Origin: Eledone cirrhosa
Lineage: Eukaryota
Length of the DNA stretch: 64,000 nt
Assembly: GCA_964016885.1 (NCBI GenBank)
Contig: OZ024740.1
Span: forward strand, 205,406,001 to 205,470,000
Direction of reading: 5' to 3'
Shown piece after piece: positions 54,327 through 64,000 of the stretch. The notes beneath the pieces were generated by a model. It was not told where the DNA came from, did no database searches, and saw only the letters and a program-made list of their open reading frames with translations. The stretch's first letter is position 1, and each line of letters starts with the position of its first letter. The translations under genes were made by a program, and so were the position numbers.

Positions 54327-55498
54327 ATGGCACCGGTCCCATCTAGGAAATGGCCATGCTCAGTGTGTAGGAAAGGAGTAGGTAGAAACTCCATTTTATG
54401 TCCCAAATGCAAAGAATAGGTACATAAAAGATGTAGTGGGATCACAGGTAAACTATCTAAGAATATAGATTTTATATGTGGTCGGTGCTCTGGTGCAATA
54501 AGTAGCAGCAAGTGCCCAAAGAATACTAACTCGTTCCATTACACAGATGGTTCTATAGAAATAGTGGACAGCTTTCGTTACCTGGGTGATAAAATCAGCA
54601 GTGGGGGAGGGTGCTCTGAAAGTACAGTAGCTAGGGTCAGAACGGGATGGAAAAAGTTCAGAGAGCTTATACCACTATTGGCCTCTAAAGGGTTCTATCT
54701 AAAAATGAAGGGCAGGCTGTATGATGCCTGCATACGAACAGCAATGTTGCATGGCAGTGAGACCTGGGCATTGTGTGTAGAGGATATATGCAGACTGGAG
54801 AGAAACGAAGCTTGCATGCTCCGCTGCATGTGTAATAGTAACATACGTGAACGGCAAAGCATGAACGTACTAAGGGAGAAATTAGAAATAAGAGGGATCA
54901 GATGTTGTTTACTCGAGAGAAGACTACGTTGGTATGGTCACGTGATGCGCATGAAAGACGACAGCTGTATAAAAAAGTGCAGGGCAATAAAAATAGACAG
55001 TAGCCACGGAGTAGGCAGACCCAGAAAAACCTGGGACGACTTGATAAATTCAGACCACACACCTCTACAAGGCAATGTCACTGGACCGAGAGCTTTGGCG
55101 CTACACAGTAATAGAGAAGACCCACCTTACCTAAGTACAAAGTGAAACCTACTACAGTCAGTAGGCACCTCTAACAAAATACACCCCATCCACACCACCC
55201 CTTCAATGTAAAGTTATGTTGTCACAACATCCAGCCCGAAACAAATGAGGTCGTGTAGGTGTCACGACAAAAAAACACACAGTCCACGCTGTAATGTGGC
55301 CGTGTAGGCAACACGGTAAAAACCTCCCAGTTCCACACTGTAAATGTGGTTGGTGTTAGGAAGGGCATCCAGCCGTAGAAAACCCGCCAGACAGTCCTAT
55401 GCGAGCAAGACAACCACTCTTGCCTCAAGTGGGAAAACCCCCGTCCAAACCCATGCAAGCGTGGAATATGGATGTTAAACGATGATGATGATGATGAT
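54327..55498 (+). mobile_element. RTE LINE 3' fragment nested in the PLE derivative
   Basis: Starts at the PHD-finger region; ORF 54564-55145; (GAT)n tail. Confidence 0.95.
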
Positions 55499-55936
55499 AT
55501 ATATGTATATTTATATATATGTGTGTGTATATATATATATATGTATGTATATGTGTGTGTGTGTGTTTGTGTATGTATTTGTGTATGTGTATGTATGTGT
55601 TTATGTATTTGTATATGTATATTTATGTGTGAGAGTGTGTGTATGTATTTACTTTTTCGTACGTATGTGTACATGCATTTGTGTGTATTGCTTACCACGC
55701 GTGTCTGTTCATCTACCCGTCGCTTGTATCGCTGTCAACTGTTTATTATTTTATTTTTTATATATATTTTTTCTTATATTTATTTGCATGTGTGAATATG
55801 TAGAGGTGTGTATATTTTTCTAATTTTGTACATTCATATGTACGCATTTATGTATGTGTATGTATGTACGTGTGTATATAGGTATGATTGGGTGCATGTA
55901 TGTATGTATGTGTATGGCTATGTATTTGTATGCATG

Positions 55937-55985
<49 letters not shown>

Positions 55986-56142
55986 ATATATGTGTGTATA
56001 TATGTGTGTGTGGTTGTATATATGTATGTGTATGTATGGATGTGTTGATATTTATGTGCGTATGTATGTGTATATGTATGTGTATGTGTGTATTTATATA
56101 CACATATATATGTGTATATGTGTGTGTGTGTATGTATGAGTG

Positions 56143-56207
<65 letters not shown>

Positions 56208-56353
56208 ATGTATACTTTTGTGTGTGTGTGTGTGTGTGTGTTTGCATGTGTGGTTTTATTTTATTTTTCCTTTCCTTCTTTCTCCAGCCTCACTTTCATA
56301 TAGATTGCATTTTTGTTTTTAAAATCTAAATTCAATAAACAGACCAGAATTTT

Positions 56354-56411
56354 TTCATTCTGACGATTGAAAGCAAAATTTTTTGCTTTTAAGAAACCAC
56401 TGGTAAATGGA
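56354..56411 (+). ncRNA. Type I hammerhead ribozyme
   Basis: Helix I ttcatt/aatgga, CTGACGA at 56360-56366, 11-12-bp helix II, GAAA at 56393-56396, helix III cc(act)gg, GUA cleavage after 56405. Confidence 0.87.
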
Positions 56412-56541
56412 ATAATTGCCTTATGTTGTTTATTACATAACTATTAAGCTCTGTTACCTACATAGAGCACTCTTTTTTCCTGGACTTTTCCGACGGAATT
56501 ACTTCACATATATAATATATATTATATATATATATATATAT

Positions 56542-56573
<32 letters not shown>

Positions 56574-56758
56574 ATATTATATATATATATATTATATATA
56601 TATATATACATATATATATATTAGAAAGTGAGGTTTTTTTTACAAATTGAAAAATAACCGAGGTGTCCTACACGAGTGAAAGTATAAAGAAAAAAAGATG
56701 AAATCGAAAATGCAACTGGAGTCTTATTAAAAAAAAAAATATATATATTTATTTGGTT

Positions 56759-56796
56759 CCTTTACCGGTTTCGCAGTTCTTCTGCTTTTCAAAAGG
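56759..56796 (-). ncRNA. Degenerate minimal hammerhead (inverted pLTR copy)
   Basis: Reverse complement of 62603-62640. Confidence 0.55.
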
Positions 56797-57129
56797 TGAG
56801 TTGAGATGGAGGGTCTGTGGTTTTTCTCACATCTGGTTGGTCTCTGAATGTTACTTGTTTTATATGGAAAAAGTGGCTCGAAATGCCAGGTTTTTCGAGA
56901 AGTAATTTGATTGGTTTGTCAATAATTATAATAAATTTCGCGCCAGTGCACATCTAGACATTTGCGCAAGTAATAAGACACCCAAATTCCAAGTCTTCCC
57001 ATTTTACCTTTGCGCTAACAATACAACAGAACAAATACAAATAAATAAGGAAAATATGTTTATTCAAAAATATAGACCAGCATTAAATATGGTTTAATAT
57101 ATATTATGTCAACACCATAATATGACATA

Positions 57130-57300
57130 CACACACTGTAAATGTAGTTGGGAAGGGCATCCAGCTGTAGAAAACCCGCCAGACAGTCCTATGCGAGCAA
57201 GACAATCACTCTTGCCTCAAGTGGGAAAACCCTCGTCCAAACCCATGCAAGCGTGGAACACGGACGTTAAACGATGATGATGATGATGATGATGATGATA
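57130..57300 (+). mobile_element. RTE 3' tail fragment
   Basis: gggcatccagctgtagaaaacccgcc...ggacgttaaac(gat)n. Confidence 0.88.
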
Positions 57301-57458
57301 CACACACATAACACCTTCTACTTTAGAAAATAAAAACCCGAAATAAACCTTAACATACGTTTGCACTGACAATACAACAGAACAAATACGAATAAGGAAA
57401 ATATGTTCATTCAAAAATATTCCTACTAAAGGAATCATTTTCCCCCACACACACACAC

Positions 57459-57491
<33 letters not shown>

Positions 57492-57544
57492 TGAAACAAA
57501 ATGAAAACGAAATTTCATTTCTCACTCTTAGTATGGCACTTACT

Positions 57545-60500
57545 TATACTTTCGAACGTTCAACTATCTGGCAGATGGGTAAACGGTGCTGATGATAGCT
57601 AACAAGCTTGAAACTAGTACATCGTTCCTGTGTCAGTGTTGAACAAAAAGGTGACGTGGTTGCCTTAACACCGTATGGCATAAATTCAGGCTGTTCAGTT
57701 TGTTTACAAACGAACAAAGCGACGTTAGCGCCGCTAAACTGATACGTGCATATATGTATGTGTACCTGTATGCATATGTATGTATATATGTATATATATA
57801 TATATATGTGCATGCTACTGTACGTCTGTATACATATATGTATGTACGTATACATGCATACTTACATTTAAGTAAGTGCCATACTAAGAGTGAGAAATGA
57901 AATTTCGTTTTCATTTTGTTTCAATTTATCGTTTTCGGTATGCCTGACCGATTTAACTCACTCAATATGCAAATTAGGCTGCTCAGCCGTTAATTTTCAT
58001 AAGGAAAGTATATACTTTCGAACGTTCAACTATCTGGCAGATGGGTAAACGGTGCTGATGATAGCTAACAAGCTTGAAACTAGTACATCGTTCCTGTGTC
58101 AGTGTTGAACAAAAAGGTGACGTGGTTGCCTTAACACCGTATGGCATAAATTCAGGCTGTTCAGTTTGTTTACAAACGAACAAAGCGACGTTAGCGCCGC
58201 TAAACTGATACGTGCATATATGTATGTGTACCTGTATGCATATGTATGTATATATGTATATATATATATATATGTGCATGCTACTGTACGTCTGTATACA
58301 TATATGTATGTACGTATACATGCATACTTACATTTAAGTAAGTGCCATACTAAGAGTGAGAAATGAAATTTCGTTTTCATTTTGTTTCAATTTATCGTTT
58401 TCGGTATGCCTGACCGATTTAACTCACTCAATATGCAAATTAGGCTGCTCAGCCGTTAATTTTCATAAGGAAAGTATATACTTTCGAACGTTCAACTATC
58501 TGGCAGATGGGTAAACGGTGCTGATGATAGCTAACAAGCTTGAAACTAGTACATCGTTCCTGTGTCAGTGTTGAACAAAAAGGTGACGTGGTTGCCTTAA
58601 CACCGTATGGCATAAATTCAGGCTGTTCAGTTTGTTTACAAACGAACAAAGCGACGTTAGCGCCGCTAAACTGATACGTGCATATATGTATGTGTACCTG
58701 TATGCATATGTATGTATATATGTATATATATATATATATGTGCATGCTACTGTACGTCTGTATACATATATGTATGTACGTATACATGCATACTTACATT
58801 TAAGTAAGTGCCATACTAAGAGTGAGAAATGAAATTTCGTTTTCATTTTGTTTCAATTTATCGTTTTCGGTATGCCTGACCGATTTAACTCACTCAATAT
58901 GCAAATTAGGCTGCTCAGCCGTTAATTTTCATAAGGAAAGTATATACTTTCGAACGTTCAACTATCTGGCAGATGGGTAAACGGTGCTGATGATAGCTAA
59001 CAAGCTTGAAACTAGTACATCGTTCCTGTGTCAGTGTTGAACAAAAAGGTGACGTGGTTGCCTTAACACCGTATGGCATAAATTCAGGCTGTTCAGTTTG
59101 TTTACAAACGAACAAAGCGACGTTAGCGCCGCTAAACTGATACGTGCATATATGTATGTGTACCTGTATGCATATGTATGTATATATGTATATATATATA
59201 TATATGTGCATGCTACTGTACGTCTGTATACATATATGTATGTACGTATACATGCATACTTACATTTAAGTAAGTGCCATACTAAGAGTGAGAAATGAAA
59301 TTTCGTTTTCATTTTGTTTCAATTTATCGTTTTCGGTATGCCTGACCGATTTAACTCACTCAATATGCAAATTAGGCTGCTCAGCCGTTAATTTTCATAA
59401 GGAAAGTATATACTTTCGAACGTTCAACTATCTGGCAGATGGGTAAACGGTGCTGATGATAGCTAACAAGCTTGAAACTAGTACATCGTTCCTGTGTCAG
59501 TGTTGAACAAAAAGGTGACGTGGTTGCCTTAACACCGTATGGCATAAATTCAGGCTGTTCAGTTTGTTTACAAACGAACAAAGCGACGTTAGCGCCGCTA
59601 AACTGATACGTGCATATATGTATGTGTACCTGTATGCATATGTATGTATATATGTATATATATATATATATGTGCATGCTACTGTACGTCTGTATACATA
59701 TATGTATGTACGTATACATGCATACTTACATTTAAGTAAGTGCCATACTAAGAGTGAGAAATGAAATTTCGTTTTCATTTTGTTTCAATTTATCGTTTTC
59801 GGTATGCCTGACCGATTTAACTCACTCAATATGCAAATTAGGCTGCTCAGCCGTTAATTTTCATAAGGAAAGTATATACTTTCGAACATTCAACTATCTG
59901 GCAGATGGGTAAACGGTGCTGATGATAGCTAACAAGCTTGAAACTAGTACATCGTTCCTGTGTCAGTGTTGAACAAAAAGGTGACGTGGTTGCCTTAACA
60001 CCGTATGGCATAAATTCAGGCTGTTCAGTTTGTTTACAAACGAACAAAGCGACGTTAGCGCCGCTAAACTGATACGTGCATATATGTATGTGTACCTGTA
60101 TGCATATGTATGTATATATGTATATATATATATATATGTGCATGCTACTGTACGTCTGTATACATATATGTATGTACGTATACATGCATACTTACATTTA
60201 AGTAAGTGCCATACTAAGAGTGAGAAATGAAATTTCGTTTTCATTTTGTTTCAATTTATCGTTTTCGGTATGCCTGACCGATTTAACTCACTCAATATGC
60301 AAATTAGGCTGCTCAGCCGTTAATTTTCATAAGGAAAGTATATACTTTCGAACGTTCAACTATCTGGCAGATGGGTAAACGGTGCTGATGATAGCTAACA
60401 AGCTTGAAACTAGTACATCGTTCCTGTGTCAGTGTTGAACAAAAAGGTGACGTGGTTGCCTTAACACCGTATGGCATAAATTCAGGCTGTTCAGTTTGTT

Positions 60501-61588
60501 TACAAACGAACAAAGCGACGTTAGCGCCGCTAAACTGATACGTGCATATATGTATGTGTACCTGTATGCATATGTATGTATATATGTATATATATATATA
60601 TATGTGCATGCTACTGTACGTCTGTATACATATATGTATGTACGTATACATGCATACTTACATTTAAGTAAGTGCCATACTAAGAGTGAGAAATGAAATT
60701 TCGTTTTCATTTTGTTTCAATTTATCGTTTTCGGTATGCCTGACCGATTTAACTCACTCAATATGCAAATTAGGCTGCTCAGCCGTTAATTTTCATAAGG
60801 AAAGTATATACTTTCGAACGTTCAACTATCTGGCAGATGGGTAAATGGTGCTGATGATAGCTAACAAGCTTGAAACTAGTACATCGTTCCTGTGTCAGTG
60901 TTGAACAAAAAGGTGACGTGGTTGCCTTAACACCGTATGGCATAAATTCAGGCTGTTCAGTTTGTTTACAAACGAACAAAGCGACGTTAGCGCCGCTAAA
61001 CTGATACGTGCATATATGTATGTGTACCTGTATGCATATGTATGTATATATGTATATATATATATATATGTGCATGCTACTGTACGTCTGTATACATATA
61101 TGTATGTACGTATACATGCATACTTACATTTAAGTAAGTGCCATACTAAGAGTGAGAAATGAAATTTCGTTTTCATTTTGTTTCAATTTATCGTTTTCGG
61201 TATGCCTGACCGATTTAACTCACTCAATATGCAAATTAGGCTGCTCAGCCGTTAATTTTCATAAGGAAAGTATATACTTTCGAACGTTCAACTATCTGGC
61301 AGATGGGTAAACGGTGCTGATGATAGCTAACAAGCTTGAAACTAGTACATCGTTCCTGTGTCAGTGTTGAACAAAAAGGTGACGTGGTTGCCTTAACACC
61401 GTATGGCATAAATTCAGGCTGTTCAGTTTGTTTACAAACGAACAAAGCGACGTTAGCGCCGCTAAACTGATACGTGCATATATGTATGTGTACCTGTATG
61501 CATATGTATGTATATATGTATATATATATATATATGTGCATGCTACTGTACGTCTGTATACATATATGTATGTACGTATACATGCATA

Positions 61589-61592
<4 letters not shown>
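57545..61592 (+). repeat. 466-bp tandem array (~8.7 units), one hammerhead per unit; retrozyme-like
   Basis: Unit starts at 57545, 58011, 58477, 58943, 59409, 59875, 60341, 60807 and 61273. Only two variants were noticed (59888 and 60846). Confidence 0.97.
57582..57626 (+). ncRNA. Type I hammerhead ribozyme (first of 9 copies, spacing 466 bp)
   Basis: aacggtg-CTGATGA-t agct aaca agct t-GAAA-ctag-TA-catcgtt: 7-bp helix I, 4-bp helix II, palindromic ACUAGU helix III, GUA site after 57619. Confidence 0.85.
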
Positions 61593-61623
<31 letters not shown>

Positions 61624-61764
61624 TCTTCATCTTAACATGCTAACCATACTCCCACACACATAACACCCATACACACACATAACAACCCCCACACCCACAA
61701 CTCCCTCCCCCATTTCTACTAATAGAATCATCTTCCAATACACACATACAGACACACACATACA

Positions 61765-62390
61765 CACACACAAGCACACAAATAAACATACATATCTTTA
61801 CTTCAATAGAAAATCTGAACTCTGACACCCCAGCGAACTAACCATATTCACTGAACCAGAACAATTCTCCCAATCCCATTTCTCTTGACCACTATCTTTC
61901 CATTGTCATAACATTCTCTATAAAGGCTACAGAATAGATTTCCAAATAAGGGCGCAGAAATGTAATGAAAACTTGTTCACGTGACAGCCAAATTTCATTT
62001 ATAACCAATCAAATCACGTTTATTTAAAAAAAAGCCTTCATGAACCACCTTTTTTTAAGTAAAGAAATTCAAACACAACACACACACAAGCACACAGATA
62101 AACATACATATCTTTACTTTCTTTATTCAATAGAAAATCTGAATTCTGACACCCCAGCGAACTAACCATATTCACTGAACCAGAACAATTCTCCCATCCC
62201 TTTCTCTTGACCATTATCTTTCACTTATCATAAAATTCTCTAAAAAGGCTACAGAATGGGTTTCCAAATAAGGGCATGAAAATTTAATGAAAACTTGTTC
62301 ATGTGACAGCCATAATTTCATTTATAACCAACCAAAAAAAAGCCTTCGTGAGCCCCTTTTTTCAAGTAAAAAGAAATTCAAACACTCATA
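61765..62390 (+). repeat. ~315-330-bp diverged tandem duplication in the PLE 3' region
   Basis: cacacacaagcacac..tctgacaccccagcgaactaaccatattcactgaaccagaac occurs at ~61765 and ~62080. Confidence 0.85.
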
Positions 62391-62602
62391 TATGAAAAAA
62401 CAACCTGTGACAATCACCCCACCTCTTATTTGAAGAACTATTGTAACGCAAACTGGCGCGGAATTTATTATAATTATTGACAAACCAATCAAATTACTTC
62501 TCGAAAAACCTGGCATTTCGAGCCACTTTTTCCATATAAAACAAGTAACATTCAGAGACCAACCAGATATGAGAAAAACCACAGACCCTCCATCTCAACT
62601 CA

Positions 62603-62640
62603 CCTTTTGAAAAGCAGAAGAACTGCGAAACCGGTAAAGG
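62603..62640 (+). ncRNA. Degenerate minimal hammerhead (core UUGAAAA)
   Basis: cctt-TTGAAAA-gcag aagaa ctgc-GAAA-ccgg-TA-aagg; helices intact, core has two substitutions. Confidence 0.55.
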
Positions 62641-62699
62641 AACCAAATAAATATATATATTTAAAAAAAAAATAAGACTCCGGTTGCATTTTCGATTTC

Positions 62700-62756
<57 letters not shown>

Positions 62757-63138
62757 TATACATATATATTATATATATGCCCACCTAAATACATTCTTAC
62801 ATGAATGTATATTAGGCTTCTACATAAACTGGAAATATTCTCCCAATTTGTAGAAAACTTATAATGAAACAATTGTTTGGAAAGAGAGATGTATTTTAAC
62901 TTTAATTATATCTCATAAAATAATACAACTGGCTTTTCCACATAATACATATTGTTAGCACCCCAAACACTTAAATTGGGTTTATATTAAAATATAACCT
63001 AATGTTTGTTGAGTGAGATGGTTACCAGTCAGAGTTTAGCTTTAAACTATCTCTGTTATTGTATTAAATATATATATATATATATATTATACATATATTA
63101 TATATATATATATATATAATATATATATATATTACACA

Positions 63139-63190
<52 letters not shown>

Positions 63191-63217
63191 TATATTACAC
63201 ATATATATATTATACAT

Positions 63218-63248
<31 letters not shown>

Positions 63249-63268
63249 TATATTACACATATATATAT

Positions 63269-63308
<40 letters not shown>

Positions 63309-63407
63309 TTACACATATATATATTATACATATATATATTATATATTATATATATATATATATTATATTATATATATATATATATTATATTATATATATA
63401 TATATAT

Positions 63408-63464
<57 letters not shown>

Positions 63465-63510
63465 TATATATATATTATATATATATATATATATTATATA
63501 TATATATATA

Positions 63511-64000
63511 GTGGACAGCTTCCGCTACCTGGGCGATAAAATTAGCAGTGGGGAGGGTGCTCTGAAAGTACTGTAGCTAGAGTCAGAACTGGTTGGAAAA
63601 AGTTCAGAGAGCTTATACCACTATTAGCTGCTAAAGGGTTCTCACTAAAAATGAAAGGCAGGTTGTACGATGCCTGCATACGAACAGCAATGCTGCATGG
63701 CAGTGAGACCTGGGCATTGTGTGCAGAGGATATACGCAGACTAGAGAGGAACGAAGCTTGCATGCTCCGCTGGATGTGTAACAGTAATATACGTGAACGG
63801 CAAAGCATAAACGAACTAAGGAAAAAATTAGAGATAAGAGGGATCAGATGTTGTTTACTCGAGAGAAGGCTACGTTGGTATGGACACGTGATGCGCATGA
63901 AAGTCGATAGCTGTATAACAAAGTGCAGGGCAATAAAGATAGACGGTAGTCACGGAATAGGCAGACCTAGAAAAACCTGGGACGAGCTGATAAACTCCGA
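63511..64000 (+). mobile_element. RTE LINE 3' fragment (runs off window)
   Basis: gtggacagcttccgctacctgggcgat.. is near-identical to 33277-33770. Confidence 0.95.

Larger units (their letters stand above)
49495..56508. mobile_element. Palindromic Penelope-like derivative (inverted pseudo-LTRs), interrupted by an RTE
   Basis: Outer arms ~49495-50260 and ~55500-56443; inner arms 50296-51693 and 51979-53373. PLE protein relics RRVTWYNAPFN (minus) and ILLNKRQELIISCNH (plus) lie at the centre; three HHRs. Confidence 0.75.
56621..62706. mobile_element. 5'-truncated Penelope-like element with inverted pLTR, hosting the 466-bp array
   Basis: 56951-57097 reads HLDICASNKTPKFQVFPFY..KENMFIQKYRPALNMV*, homologous to the GIY-YIG C-terminus at 16480-16632. 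56694-56947 is the reverse complement of 62452-62706. Confidence 0.75.

Noticed and set aside
57544-61643. Repeated 66-, 93- and 112-aa ORFs in the 466-bp array
   Set aside because: Built largely from the internal microsatellite with no recognisable domain; the unit is better explained as structured RNA.

Overview
AT-rich, repeat-dense metazoan DNA. It is probably cephalopod/Octopus-like, inferred only from the repeat landscape. Bases 4.9-14.7 kb carry five coding exons of TMEM147 on the minus strand; the last exon was not found and probably lies left of the window. The rest is a nest of retroelements inserted into (TA)n/(TACA)n microsatellites. These include many RTE-clade LINE copies with (GAT)n tails and a PHD-type finger inside the RT, one CR1-group LINE, Penelope-like elements (PLEs), tRNA-derived SINEs, a mariner relic and minisatellites. 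The main unannotated signal is a set of hammerhead ribozymes (HHR). A near-perfect 466-bp x ~8.7 tandem array (57545-61592) has one type I HHR per unit and looks like a retrozyme that would make circular RNA. It is nested inside a PLE. A neighbouring ~7-kb palindromic PLE derivative carries three more HHRs. Six TA-embedded inserts share one geometry: inverted termini plus a 60-90-nt one-sided tail. All structures were read by eye; nothing was folded or searched computationally.
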